A stretch of 64,000 bases of DNA from a candidate division WS6 bacterium GW2011_GWF2_39_15 (GCA_000993565.1 LBWK01000001.1:300208-364207); one strand, 5' to 3'; positions 39,083-49,594 are shown, numbered from the stretch's first letter. Translations and numbers: made by a program. Notes: generated by a model from the letters alone, not told the origin.

Positions 39083-39898
39083 TTAAGAATAATAAATTCC
39101 CAAAATAAACGTAAGGACTAATAGAAACACGTATTGGATCAGATCAAAGTTCCTAACCATATTACGCTGTTTCTTGGTTATGTACTCTAGAGAGATGAAC
39201 CCCCCTACTGTTGGCCCCAAAGCTATAACCTCGTGCCTTTGTGAAACAATCGCCAGTGCTATCACAGAGGTAGAAAGGAAAAGTAACGTTAGAGCGGTAT
39301 ATCCCCCTATCCTCTCCCAGCTTATGTCCATATGCCTTAAGTGGAAAAAGATAAGACCCGTGTAAGTAAGCAACAGAATAGCCATGGTAATAAAGATATT
39401 AAAATTGGCATCCATTATCCCAACAGTTATAAAGAAGGTGCATATAAGAGTTCCAATAAATGAAACCGTTCTTGCCGCCTGAACGAGGGGAATTTCTTTC
39501 TTGATTGTTGAAACGTTAAATATATTAGCCATCAAAAATGACATATATATACCGCCAAACAGAATTGCCAAGATACCAATGAGAATAAGAACTTCATAAA
39601 CCCTACCCACCCTTCTGAAGAAGAAGAGCTCAAGAAAGATCATTTCTGCAAAAATAAAAAGACTCGTCTGCGGAACAATGTATAGAAGAGTGTGTAGCGT
39701 AACCTGGAACCTAAGTGCCCATATTAATCCAATATATGAAAAGATAAAGTACCCTACTCCTCTCAAAATAATCGTGACAGGATTAACAATAACAGATTGC
39801 TGTGTGATTTTAAAAAATAATATGGAGAGTGAGATAACTAATGCAAGAGTCAAGATTCTACCTTTTTTTACATTGTCTATGTTTCCCTGTATTTCCAT
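39083..39898 (-). CDS. Polytopic membrane protein.
   Basis: 271 aa with ~8 TM helices. Confidence 0.5.
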   Translation of the reverse strand: MEIQGNIDNVKKGRILTLALVISLSILFFKITQQSVIVNPVTIILRGVGYFIFSYIGLIWALRFQVTLHTLLYIVPQTSLFIFAEMIFLELFFFRRVGRVYEVLILIGILAILFGGIYMSFLMANIFNVSTIKKEIPLVQAARTVSFIGTLICTFFITVGIMDANFNIFITMAILLLTYTGLIFFHLRHMDISWERIGGYTALTLLFLSTSVIALAIVSQRHEVIALGPTVGGFISLEYITKKQRNMVRNFDLIQYVFLLVLTFILGIYYS

Positions 39899-39901
39899 GT
39901 T

Positions 39902-40960
39902 TTATATTATAGACGTTAATCCTAGAATCTCAATTGCATGACGCATACCCTTCTCAGTCAATACCCGCCCGCGCGATGTTCTTTGTAACAACCCGCATTT
40001 CATTAAAAACGGCTCGTAAACAGACTCAACAGTATTAAGATCTTCAGATACAGCCGCTGCTAATGTGGAAAGTCCGACTGGACCACCGCCATAGTTATTA
40101 TAAATGGATGCAAGTATCTTTCTATCTATTTCTTCCAGACCCAGATCATCTATACCAAGCAATTCTAGGCCTCTTATAGCCGTTTCTCTGTCAATGAAAG
40201 ACTTAAGTATTTCAGATTCGGCAAAATCCCGAACTCTTTTCAACAGCCTCAAGGCAACTCTCGCTGTACCTCTAGACCTTTTTGCCACCTCTGTTAATGC
40301 ATCACTGTCATATGCAATATCCCAAAGCACTGCAGCACGTTTAAGAATTAGGACCAGGTCTTCTTCACCGAAGTAATCAAGTCTTTGAATCAATCCGAAC
40401 CTGTCTCTCATGGGTGAACTGATCTTTCCAATCTGTGTTGTCGCTCCAATTAGTGTAAAGGGCTCCAGTGTTAAGCGGATTGTTTTAGCCGATGGGCCCT
40501 TACCCATCACAATATCAATAGCCCTGTCTTCCATGGCGGGATAAAGAATCTCTTCAACAACCCTTGGTATTCGATGTATCTCATCTATAAACAAGATATC
40601 GTTGGCTTTAAGATTTGTAAGTATAGCAGCCAAATCCCCCTGCCTTTCAATAGCCGGACCAGAGGTTATTCTCAAAGAGGAGTTGATCTCATTAGCAAGG
40701 GCAATAGCAAAAGTCGTCTTGCCAAGCCCCGGAGGTCCGTAAAAAAGGATATGATCAAGGACCTCTCCCCTCCTCTTGGTTGAACTTATCATCATTCTAA
40801 GTTTCTTCTTCTCAGAATCTCTTCCAACAATTTCATCAATTGTTGACGGTCTGATTGACTGCTCTATTACAGTGGCGACACCACTTGATTCTATTGGTTT
40901 GACCCTCTTCTTTTTACTTATCCCGCTCTTCACCGAAGAGATATGGCTTGATTCTATCAC
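39902..40960 (-). CDS. ruvB: Holliday junction branch migration ATPase RuvB.
   Basis: GPPGLGKTT Walker A, ILFIDEIHR and the RuvB winged-helix C-terminus. Confidence 0.95.
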   Translation of the reverse strand: MIESSHISSVKSGISKKKRVKPIESSGVATVIEQSIRPSTIDEIVGRDSEKKKLRMMISSTKRRGEVLDHILFYGPPGLGKTTFAIALANEINSSLRITSGPAIERQGDLAAILTNLKANDILFIDEIHRIPRVVEEILYPAMEDRAIDIVMGKGPSAKTIRLTLEPFTLIGATTQIGKISSPMRDRFGLIQRLDYFGEEDLVLILKRAAVLWDIAYDSDALTEVAKRSRGTARVALRLLKRVRDFAESEILKSFIDRETAIRGLELLGIDDLGLEEIDRKILASIYNNYGGGPVGLSTLAAAVSEDLNTVESVYEPFLMKCGLLQRTSRGRVLTEKGMRHAIEILGLTSII

Positions 40961-41556
40961 TCAGACTTTAATACCAATTTAAGAACTTCCTCAATTGAAT
41001 ACTCTTTTCCTTCCATAAGTTTCTGAGCACTTCGCAAGTATTCCTTTAATGGCTCCCCGCTAAAACCTAAGGATCGAAGAGCATTATTCAAATCATGCAT
41101 CACTTCATCTTTCTGTCCTGAAGTGACTTCACCTGCGATTATTCCCATATCGTCAATCTTATTTTTAAGCTCTATTACAATCTTCTGAGCACTTTTCTGA
41201 CCAAGGCCAGGGACTTTGCTCAGTGTTTTGAAATCTTCAGAAAGCAAAACCATATATAGCTGGGAAGGGGTGAACACGGACAGAATTGATATTCCGCTCT
41301 TCGGCCCGATACCGGAAACTGAGATTAACATCTCAAAAAGATCTCTTTCTTCTAACGTTTTGAAACCATAAAGGGTTTGACTGTCTTCACGCACCACCAT
41401 CAGAGTGTGAAATATTGCCTCTTGACCTACAACAAACCGAAGAAGCTTGGAAGTAACAACCCTGTAACCTATTCCATTACCCAAAAGTACATCCACTTCT
41501 TGATATCTATCTTCTGATTTAATGTGCAGAATCTTGCCTTGTAAATACGAAATCAT
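40957..41556 (-). CDS. ruvA: Holliday junction DNA helicase RuvA.
   Basis: MISYLQGKI... OB fold, HhH motifs (VSGIGPKSGISIL, VPGLGQKSAQKIV). It overlaps ruvB by 4 nt. Confidence 0.9.
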   Translation of the reverse strand: MISYLQGKILHIKSEDRYQEVDVLLGNGIGYRVVTSKLLRFVVGQEAIFHTLMVVREDSQTLYGFKTLEERDLFEMLISVSGIGPKSGISILSVFTPSQLYMVLLSEDFKTLSKVPGLGQKSAQKIVIELKNKIDDMGIIAGEVTSGQKDEVMHDLNNALRSLGFSGEPLKEYLRSAQKLMEGKEYSIEEVLKLVLKSE

Positions 41557-41573
41557 ATAGTTAAGTATAAAGG

Positions 41574-42062
41574 TTATTTCCCTAATATTCTATCCATTTT
41601 CGCGGAATAATGACAGCATACTGCAGCGGCGATTGCATCTGCTGCATCATCTGGTTTAGGTATGGTTTCGAGGTTTAGCAGCAGTTTAACATTTTCCTGA
41701 ACCTGCCTTTTATCCGCCCTACCGTTTCCCGTTATAGCACGCTTAATTTGGGGGGGTGTATATTGATGTATAGGTAACCCATTCTGCTCAAGGACAAGCA
41801 TACATACCCCTCTCGCCTCACCTACTGCCATAGCGGTTTTTACGTTATTACTGAACAAAAGGATTTCTACAGATGCTAATTCAGGTTTAAACTTTTTGAT
41901 AATATTATGAAGGTCTTCATATATCTCCCCTAACCTCATGCTATTGCGCAAGCCTGCTTTGGTTGATATAACGCCGTAATCGATAGCTTTAAGGTCAGTA
42001 TCTGCATCAATAATAGCCCATCCGGTTGTAGCAAGTCCGGGATCAATACCTAAAATAAGCAT
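41574..42062 (-). CDS. ruvC: Crossover junction endodeoxyribonuclease RuvC.
   Basis: MLILGIDPGLATTGWAI... plus the C-terminal DAADAIAAAVCH motif. Confidence 0.9.
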   Translation of the reverse strand: MLILGIDPGLATTGWAIIDADTDLKAIDYGVISTKAGLRNSMRLGEIYEDLHNIIKKFKPELASVEILLFSNNVKTAMAVGEARGVCMLVLEQNGLPIHQYTPPQIKRAITGNGRADKRQVQENVKLLLNLETIPKPDDAADAIAAAVCCHYSAKMDRILGK

Positions 42063-42090
42063 ATAAATGAATAAAAGATTAGATCACCCT

Positions 42091-42864
42091 TTACTCCTGA
42101 TCTAGGTCTGTCCAAATTTCTTGAACATCGTCATAATCCTCAAGAGTTTCAATAGCTCCATTTAACTTTTCCAACTCGGCTTCCCCTATCTTCTTGGTCA
42201 TCTTAGGAACTTTAACTAGCTGAGCTTTGAGTACAACGTATCCCATTTTAAGAATTGCATCTCTAACTTTAGCAAGATTCTTGAACTCACAGTATATATC
42301 AAGAGTACGATCTTCGCTTATATCAATATCCTCAATGCCCTCAACATCCATAAACAGCATCATTACCTCTTCAATATTCTCTTCTACGAAATAATCGGGC
42401 TCTCCGAACTTTTCTGATTTAACCATCTTTCCAGGTTTTACGTTTATATACCCTTTAGTATCAAAGTTCCAAGAGACTGAACCGGCTTCTCCGAGATTTC
42501 CTCCGAAGTCCTCAAACATATTTCTCAGTTCTGATACAACTCTATTGGTATTATCAGTAAGAACATCAACAATAATGGCAATTCCTCCCGGGCCGAAACC
42601 CTCGTAGGAGGCCTCTGTGAGCTGGACACCGTCACTGCTGCCAGCACCTTTATCTATTGCTTTTTGTATATTATCCGTTGGGAAACCTTCTTCTTTAGCC
42701 TGTGCCACAAGAAGACGTAAAGAGGGATTCATATTAATATCTCCCCCGCCCTGCCTTGCGGCATGAGTTATAAGCTGAGACAGTTTAGAGAATACTTTCC
42801 CTTTCTTAGCATCGTTTATTGCCTTCTTGTGTTTAATTGTAGACCATTTACTGTGACCTGACAT
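42091..42864 (-). CDS. yebC: YebC/PmpR-family transcriptional regulator.
   Basis: MSGHSKWSTIKHKK... is the conserved YebC N-terminus. The track ORF begins 17 codons further upstream; the internal ATG at 42864 is more likely. Confidence 0.85.
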   Translation of the reverse strand: MSGHSKWSTIKHKKAINDAKKGKVFSKLSQLITHAARQGGGDINMNPSLRLLVAQAKEEGFPTDNIQKAIDKGAGSSDGVQLTEASYEGFGPGGIAIIVDVLTDNTNRVVSELRNMFEDFGGNLGEAGSVSWNFDTKGYINVKPGKMVKSEKFGEPDYFVEENIEEVMMLFMDVEGIEDIDISEDRTLDIYCEFKNLAKVRDAILKMGYVVLKAQLVKVPKMTKKIGEAELEKLNGAIETLEDYDDVQEIWTDLDQE

Positions 42865-43058
42865 CAATAGTATTGTAACACAAGAACATAAAAACTGATA
42901 AGCCTTAGAATACAAACCTCTTATAGTTACCTACGCAGGTCTAATATTTAAATAAAATTTCCAAATGGTTACAAATAGCTCAAACTTATATTTTTCCTAT
43001 CTTCTTTCTCTGCTGTTTTCCTCTAAAATATAGATATCTAACTTAATCGCCAACAATA

Positions 43059-43577
43059 ATGAAAAGGAAGAAAGAGACTACACTTGAGACTCTTGATAGG
43101 AAACTGGACGAGATCTCGGAGAGATTAAAAGACCATGACAGCAGGTTTATATCTATAGACAAAAGGTTTGATAGTGTAGACAATCAATTCATCAGCATAG
43201 CTAAAAAATTTGATAGTATCGACAATCAATTTATCAGCATAGATAAAAGGCTTGACAGTTTCGATAAACAATTCGCTAACATAGACAAAAGGTTTAATAT
43301 AGTGAATAAAAGATTTGATTTAGTAAACGGAAAACTTATAAAAATAGCTCGGGAGCAAACCTCAAACTCCATGTCTCTGTTCTCATTGGGCGACAAGATT
43401 AATAATCTTGAAAGTCTTTACGAAACAGTTAATGATAAACTTGATACATCAATGATTATCTCAAATAAGCTTTTCGCTGAATATTCACAGAAGATTGAAG
43501 TACTGGATTATAAAGTCAATGAAATAAGTCTAAAACTTGCTGACAAGGAGACTAATCAAAAGTACAAGAAAAAATAG
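43059..43577 (+). CDS. Coiled-coil protein built from 11-aa tandem repeats.
   Basis: DKRFDSVDNQFISI, AKKFDSIDNQFISI, DKRLDSFDKQFANI, DKRFNIVNKRFDLV. The underlying DNA is 33-bp tandem repeats (43140-43330). Confidence 0.5.
   Translation: MKRKKETTLETLDRKLDEISERLKDHDSRFISIDKRFDSVDNQFISIAKKFDSIDNQFISIDKRLDSFDKQFANIDKRFNIVNKRFDLVNGKLIKIAREQTSNSMSLFSLGDKINNLESLYETVNDKLDTSMIISNKLFAEYSQKIEVLDYKVNEISLKLADKETNQKYKKK
43140..43330 (+). repeat. 33-bp imperfect tandem repeats within the CDS (~5-6 units).
   Basis: Consensus ...gacaaaaggtttgatagtgtagacaatcaattcatcagcata... repeated with substitutions. Confidence 0.6.
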
Positions 43578-43581
43578 ACCT

Positions 43582-46104
43582 CTACTCTTGATCCATATTA
43601 TTCTGAGCCGGAATCACTACAGGTGAACCTATTTCCCCTGCTTTTACAACACTTGGCATCTCCACGTTTGAAGATACTGTCTCTGTTCTTTTTCCATTAT
43701 TTACATTCATTAATGCCCTATTCCCTTTATCACTATACTTCTGTTCACTCCATCTTCTAATCTTGTCTTCTATAACTTCCTGGTCTGCACTATACCTCTC
43801 TCTAGAGTTTTGTATAATCTTCTCTTTATTCCCAAATTTCTCATATCTAAGATCTAGAGATTTGGCGCTGAAAGGTTTTGAAGTCATCCCATCAATACAA
43901 AGCTTCACATAAAGAGAGTGGGATTCAAGAGAGACAAGGTCCTCTGCAGAAAATATTGGAGCAAACTCATTAGAGAGAATCGATGCATCTCCCTGGCTAA
44001 CTACAAATGAAGCCAGTGTTCCCACATTACCAAAAATAGCCTGCCTTACAGTTAAAGGTATCTGATCTATATACTGGTTGGTCATGGTGAGATTAAGTTT
44101 GAACTTTCTGGCTTCTGAAAGAATTTTTGCAAAAGAATCTGTTGCAAAGTTCTGAAACTCATCAACATAGAGATAGAAGTCTCTTCTTTGTGCCATAGGG
44201 ATATCAACTCTCTCCATTGCCGTAGATTGGAGCCTTGTAATTAACATCCCGCCAAGCAGAGCCGAACTTTCCTCTCCGATCTTGCCTTGAGCCAAGTTAA
44301 CTAACAATATTTTGCCCTCATCCATAACATTTCTCAAATTAAAGGAGGACTTCACCTGCCCGACTATATTTCTAATTACAGCAGAAGATATAAACCGGCC
44401 AACCTTGTTCTGAATAGGTGCAACTGCCTCCGAAACCAGCTTAGAGTTCTGCGACATCTGTGCAAACTCCTCCTCCCAGAACTTATATAAGATGGGATCT
44501 TTCACCTGTTTAAGAATAAACTTGCGGTAGTTTCGATCATTAAGAAGCCGCATAACCGAGAGAATTGTTGTTCCCTGAGCTTCAAGAGCAGTTGAAATGG
44601 TGTTAGTAAGGATGTATTGAAGACGTGGCCCCCAAGACTCAAACTGCTTTTTGAAAACTTCCACAACACCATCCGCAACCAGATCCCGCTGTGACGAGTC
44701 ATTCATCTCCAAAAGGTTGAAAGCAATTGGGTGCTTCACGTCTGCAGGGTCAAAATATATGACATCGTTCACTCTTTCAGGGGGAATGAAATCGAGAAGC
44801 TCATCAACCGTCTCACCGTGAGGGTCTATAAAACACGCTCCGTTACCGGCAATCACATCTGAAATGAACATATTCTTGAATACCGTTGATTTACCTACCC
44901 CCGTTTTACCCAATAAATAGACGTGGCGTCTTCTATCGTCCTTCTTAACTCCAAAGGATATTTTCTGCCCCCGATAGTCAGTCTCAGCAAAGGCATTAAC
45001 GTCAGGCTCCCCGGCAAGAGGCAGATCCATTGGAGGTTCAGCTTTCCTTGCCCTGCTCCACAAAATATTCGGCGTCTCCACAGAAATATTTGGCAGATGA
45101 AAAACAGAGGCAAGTTCTTCAATATTCAGAATATCTTCAGGTGTAGAAACCAATTTTCTCTTCAGGAAATCGCCGTATATTGATTGGGCACTCTGGTTAG
45201 GTGCCGAATGGACAAAGCTATTCAGGTGAGCAGTTGTAAACTGCTTGAAACTAGCAACAAGATCTCTAAGTATCTGCTCAGATCTTGGCTGATCGGGAGA
45301 TTTTGTAACAACCCTAATACTCACTTCAAACCCAAGTTTAAGCATTTTGGTTTCAATCTGAGTGAGCTCTTCCTGCTGGCCTGGCGCCAGCTTTACAACC
45401 TCTTTACCTCCACCTTTCTCTGTAGATGTCTGAAGGGATTTCGAGATATCCTTAACCATCTTCATAAGGAGTTCCCCAATACTGTTAATAGAGCTCTTCC
45501 CCTCCTTAATCTCCGTAATATATTTCTTTGAAGCCTCCTGCCAATAATTAGCTATTGGTCTCATGTTGAACTGCACCCAAGCTTCCTCTCCAAGCTTTAG
45601 GCCTGAAATGGCACTTGTAATAGCGGCCAGAGGATCAACTTCAAAGTTCCGAAATGTTTTAATCGGGAATATATAACTCTTATCAAGTTCTACAATTCCG
45701 GTACTCACAAAAACCTGTGATTCTCCACGAGTCGCAGTGTAGTCCTGAACATGCTTAATTTCAGCATTTGGATACTGTGCATAGATCTGTCCCTGAACAA
45801 ACTCGGCAAGATGCGCAGGGATAACGGCATAGAAACGTATCCCATTTTCACCTGAAGACACTATTTCAAACGAAATTAGATCCAACGACTTCTTGGAATC
45901 TCTTAGAATTCCATGCAATGATGCAAACATCTGTTCCGCTGCTAGAGGCGTTTTATCATTCTCTCTAGGCACAAGAATTTGTAAAACCTGAGGATTTCTC
46001 ACCTCTTCAAACACAACAACACTCTTAGGCTTCTGTGCAAAGGTGAAAACAAACAGCACAAAAAATACTGATAGAATGAGTAATATTAGTATTGTCCCTG
46101 TCAT
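43582..46104 (-). CDS. TraD/TraG/VirD4-like (type IV coupling protein family) P-loop ATPase with an N-terminal TM anchor and a ~350-aa pre-ATPase domain.
   Basis: Walker A LLGKTGVGKST is followed by a FIDPHGE motif resembling the T4CP DPKGE motif. Walker B is YLYVDEFQNF. A single N-terminal TM helix is present. 840 aa. Confidence 0.55.
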   Translation of the reverse strand: MTGTILILLILSVFFVLFVFTFAQKPKSVVVFEEVRNPQVLQILVPRENDKTPLAAEQMFASLHGILRDSKKSLDLISFEIVSSGENGIRFYAVIPAHLAEFVQGQIYAQYPNAEIKHVQDYTATRGESQVFVSTGIVELDKSYIFPIKTFRNFEVDPLAAITSAISGLKLGEEAWVQFNMRPIANYWQEASKKYITEIKEGKSSINSIGELLMKMVKDISKSLQTSTEKGGGKEVVKLAPGQQEELTQIETKMLKLGFEVSIRVVTKSPDQPRSEQILRDLVASFKQFTTAHLNSFVHSAPNQSAQSIYGDFLKRKLVSTPEDILNIEELASVFHLPNISVETPNILWSRARKAEPPMDLPLAGEPDVNAFAETDYRGQKISFGVKKDDRRRHVYLLGKTGVGKSTVFKNMFISDVIAGNGACFIDPHGETVDELLDFIPPERVNDVIYFDPADVKHPIAFNLLEMNDSSQRDLVADGVVEVFKKQFESWGPRLQYILTNTISTALEAQGTTILSVMRLLNDRNYRKFILKQVKDPILYKFWEEEFAQMSQNSKLVSEAVAPIQNKVGRFISSAVIRNIVGQVKSSFNLRNVMDEGKILLVNLAQGKIGEESSALLGGMLITRLQSTAMERVDIPMAQRRDFYLYVDEFQNFATDSFAKILSEARKFKLNLTMTNQYIDQIPLTVRQAIFGNVGTLASFVVSQGDASILSNEFAPIFSAEDLVSLESHSLYVKLCIDGMTSKPFSAKSLDLRYEKFGNKEKIIQNSRERYSADQEVIEDKIRRWSEQKYSDKGNRALMNVNNGKRTETVSSNVEMPSVVKAGEIGSPVVIPAQNNMDQE

Positions 46105-46142
46105 AGTATTACGATTTTAAACAAAAGAGCTCTCGAGAACAA

Positions 46143-47384
46143 TCATCTCCATCTAAGCTCACTTTCTTTATCTTCACCAAGTATAACAATTATATCACCA
46201 GTTGTAATGAAATCAGGTCTTCCATTAATTATTTCACACTTTCCACAGACCAGGTCTTCCACACTATTAAAAGAGTTTAAAAACTTCTTTTTATCCGAAA
46301 TATATATGGTAGTTTTAGGGAGATTATTCGGTGCATTATCATACCTGACTACTTTCACTCCATAGTTTTGCACCTTTCGTGCATATCTTCCCGCAAGTCC
46401 TGAAACCCCGCTACCATTGTAAACCTCTACTCTTGCCTGCTCTTTCTCTACCAGTCTCGTCCTTATAATGTTAAAGTTCTCTTCAATTTTCCGATCGAAT
46501 TCAGGATAGTTAATAACACTAATGTTTCTACCGTTACTGTCTATGCGTGAGACATACGCCCATTTTTGACTCAAATCTATCATTTTAATCCCACCTGCAT
46601 CAAGCTGCGAGTATCCTCTGTGCAATAGCTTTATAAGGGCTATAGATGTGAGATTGGAATCGACACCGGAAATAAACTTATTCCATACCTCAGATTTAAC
46701 AGCAAGAGTAACTAAGTTGAACCTGCTGTAAAAAGAGTTAATTCCCATACTAGCAGCTGATACATCACGAGATGGATTAAACTTCTCTTTAAAATCATAT
46801 TCACTATACTCGCTAATATCTCCAAACATAGTTGCATACAAACTTAGAGACTTTTCATCCAGCCATATATAGTTCTCAACCGTAAAGCCAGTCATATTTT
46901 CAATCTGCCACACTACATACTCAACAGTACGATTAGGGTTGACCAATTTTGCTGCGTATTCCAAATCCGCAACCTGAATGTGGGCGTTGAAAAGCTGGTT
47001 AGGATCCTCAACATAAACCCCGGGAGGTATATAAATTACTAATGTAGAACCGGTGTTTTCGTTATTAACGATTAACCAACCTCCTGCAAGTCTATTATCA
47101 ACAGGAGACTTAAAGATCACCAATGTAGATGATAAGTCTTTCCGCTCTTTAATGAGATTCAGACGCGATTTGCAGACACTACAGTGAGAATCAGCCGTAA
47201 GAAGATTATTAGCTACCGTAAACGAGCTGTAGACCCCCAGAGTGAGTACTAAGATAATAAGTACCCATCTAATCCATCTAAGTGGGCTTATCTTCCTTTC
47301 ATTTTTTCTAGATTTTAAAAATCCGGAGTTTTGTCTACCACGCTCTATTCTCTTCATATGATACCTCCATCTTACTACAAACAA
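46143..47384 (-). CDS. LytR-CpsA-Psr (LCP) family protein with a LytR_C-like C-terminal domain.
   Basis: N-terminal TM helix and a central LCP-like domain. The C-terminal RVEVYNGSGVSGLAGRYARKVQNYGVKVV matches the LytR C-terminal domain. Confidence 0.65.
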   Translation of the reverse strand: MFVVRWRYHMKRIERGRQNSGFLKSRKNERKISPLRWIRWVLIILVLTLGVYSSFTVANNLLTADSHCSVCKSRLNLIKERKDLSSTLVIFKSPVDNRLAGGWLIVNNENTGSTLVIYIPPGVYVEDPNQLFNAHIQVADLEYAAKLVNPNRTVEYVVWQIENMTGFTVENYIWLDEKSLSLYATMFGDISEYSEYDFKEKFNPSRDVSAASMGINSFYSRFNLVTLAVKSEVWNKFISGVDSNLTSIALIKLLHRGYSQLDAGGIKMIDLSQKWAYVSRIDSNGRNISVINYPEFDRKIEENFNIIRTRLVEKEQARVEVYNGSGVSGLAGRYARKVQNYGVKVVRYDNAPNNLPKTTIYISDKKKFLNSFNSVEDLVCGKCEIINGRPDFITTGDIIVILGEDKESELRWR

Positions 47385-47765
47385 GGATAACTCAGTAGTC
47401 CCAATATCCTATCTTTTTGTCGGCCAAAGCACATCCCATAATATACAAGTTACCTGAATTAACACCAATTAACTTCCTACTAAGCCAAAGCCTCCCTCCA
47501 CTCCCCTGTTACACATAGGATACGCAAAAGCGACATAAGCGTGGATATATTCAGCAACCTCGGAATATCTTATCCATTTAAATCTGGGGATGGGTAGCTA
47601 CACTGAAACTCACCAAACGTTAACAATGCTAACGTTCAATTAATTTGTACACCACAACTAACCTTACTACTAAGGTTTCCTCCTATTTGGAATAGTACCC
47701 TGAAAATTAAAGCGATGTGAAAAACTATTTGTATAAAGGAGAAATATAATATCCGATAAATATAA

Positions 47766-48752
47766 TTATACTGTCCAAACACGAAACCCTAGTTGCGGAA
47801 GATTAAGTCCGAGTAGAACCTCCTCCAATTCAAGTTCGTTATGATTTTGCCCGCTGGAAGCTCCGTACATTGTGTCACCAACTATAACAAGATTAAGACT
47901 CTTGAGAGTGGCCCGGATCTGGTGCATCCTGCCCGTCTCTATTTTTATAAGAATTGTTCCATCTGATAAGGGTTTTATATACGTGAGCGAGTATTTATAT
48001 CCGCCGCGGGGAGAGCTGATTAGTTTCATTCTACGTCTATTTCCTACATCCCTCCCTATATATCCTTCCACTTTAATCCATTCTTCTGTGGCACCGTATG
48101 AATTCAACTTAAAACTTTCCATAGCCTCAGAATATGACTCCTTACTCCTCATTAGCTCCATGCCCGACTTCATCGGTTCGACTTTCGCTCTATACACCTT
48201 AACAACGTTGTGAGCCTCAAACTGCTTTACCAAATATACCTGCATACTTCGGGTCTTAGCAATTATCATTAGTCCTGAAACACCTTTATCAAAACGATGA
48301 ACAACACCAGCTCTATCAACCGACTTATCATACTCCCCTTTTCTTTCCAGATATCCTTTAATCGAATTGGCAAGAGTACCCTCCCAATTCCCTACTCCAG
48401 GATGAACAACAACTCCTTTAGGCTTATGTATGACGAGCCAATCATCTGCCTCTTCAATTATATTTAGTGGGACATGCTCCGGTACTATATAGTTCTTCTG
48501 AAGAATACTTTGGTCAATCATCTCCGTTATTACACGAGGATCAAATGTTACTTCGTCACCGATATTTAATCTTTTTCCTTTCTTAACCCTATCTCCGTTC
48601 ACCTGTACGCACTCAACAACAGCTTTGGAAAGAAAAGACCGGGAGAGCATATCTAAGTATTTATTCTCGACAAGCTTTGGAAGATGTTCAAGCAGATAGA
48701 GATCTACTCTCTTACCTTTATCTGTGACGTCTATAAGCTCTCTATACTGCAT
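47766..48752 (-). CDS. rluD: RluA-family 23S rRNA pseudouridine synthase (RluD-like).
   Basis: S4 domain at the N-terminus. HRFDKGVSGLMIIAKT contains the catalytic Asp motif (HRLD...SG). Confidence 0.85.
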   Translation of the reverse strand: MQYRELIDVTDKGKRVDLYLLEHLPKLVENKYLDMLSRSFLSKAVVECVQVNGDRVKKGKRLNIGDEVTFDPRVITEMIDQSILQKNYIVPEHVPLNIIEEADDWLVIHKPKGVVVHPGVGNWEGTLANSIKGYLERKGEYDKSVDRAGVVHRFDKGVSGLMIIAKTRSMQVYLVKQFEAHNVVKVYRAKVEPMKSGMELMRSKESYSEAMESFKLNSYGATEEWIKVEGYIGRDVGNRRRMKLISSPRGGYKYSLTYIKPLSDGTILIKIETGRMHQIRATLKSLNLVIVGDTMYGASSGQNHNELELEEVLLGLNLPQLGFRVWTV

Positions 48753-49594
48753 TACTTTTTACCTTTAGATATTCTTACTGCGCTCCCTATTTTAGGAAGC
48801 CTTGGGGCTTTAATGACCGTATCAACAACTATATTTGTCTTCTGCATATCATAGATATACAGAATGCTCGACAGCAGACAAAAGACAGCGAGCGCGTAGA
48901 GATTATATCTGTCTATCTTGGTAATTTCACTTGAAAGAAGTGAGAAAAGGATATAGATATTTGCTATGACAAAGTATGCAAAGTGAAGGATAAAGATATT
49001 CTTTTCGTAACTATCTCTATTATTCTTCAATGCTTTTTTAAGAAGATAGTGAAGGACTGAATATATTACAAAGATACCAATAATCCCCAGTCCCTGGTTT
49101 CTAACTTGAACATTTTCTCCGTAAAGACCCGTTGCAAACAGTGAAAGACCCAACATTATACTTCCCGAAATACTTATTACCCCCAGCATCTCCCTCCATC
49201 TCCATTTTTTTACAAATGTAGATAAAGCAAATGTTATAGTTGTGAACGCTACATACATACTAATATACAAAAAACCTCCATCCCAGATTTTCAAAAATTT
49301 CCAGGGAAGAAGACGAAAATAATAGATCCCATCGGAATACTTCTCGTAAGGCACTATTGACCATATCAAGCCTTGAAAATCAGCAGGGTTAGCAAGAATA
49401 TATGACACTCTTCCCCAAATAATAGTTATTATAAAAGCAATAATATATAAATCAAAGATGGAGTTACGGTCTTTCCTTGTCGCATGAGCTTCTGCCCAGA
49501 AAATATATATTCCAAGAACAGCAAGAACTACTAATATAGGGATAAAACCTACTCCAAGAAAAAAATTTTGAACGGATTCTAAAGCTTGGTTCAC
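48752..49594 (-). CDS. Polytopic membrane protein, possibly Lgt-like.
   Basis: 280 aa, 7 TM helices, with a WGR..Y motif. The Lgt assignment is weak. Confidence 0.35.
   Translation of the reverse strand: MNQALESVQNFFLGVGFIPILVVLAVLGIYIFWAEAHATRKDRNSIFDLYIIAFIITIIWGRVSYILANPADFQGLIWSIVPYEKYSDGIYYFRLLPWKFLKIWDGGFLYISMYVAFTTITFALSTFVKKWRWREMLGVISISGSIMLGLSLFATGLYGENVQVRNQGLGIIGIFVIYSVLHYLLKKALKNNRDSYEKNIFILHFAYFVIANIYILFSLLSSEITKIDRYNLYALAVFCLLSSILYIYDMQKTNIVVDTVIKAPRLPKIGSAVRISKGKK

Noticed and set aside
47385-47765. SRP RNA, tmRNA or RNase P RNA in the long intergenic spacer.
   Set aside because: I could not find the conserved SRP domain IV, the tmRNA tag-reading frame, or RNase P P4 signatures by eye. 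It stays unassigned rather than called.
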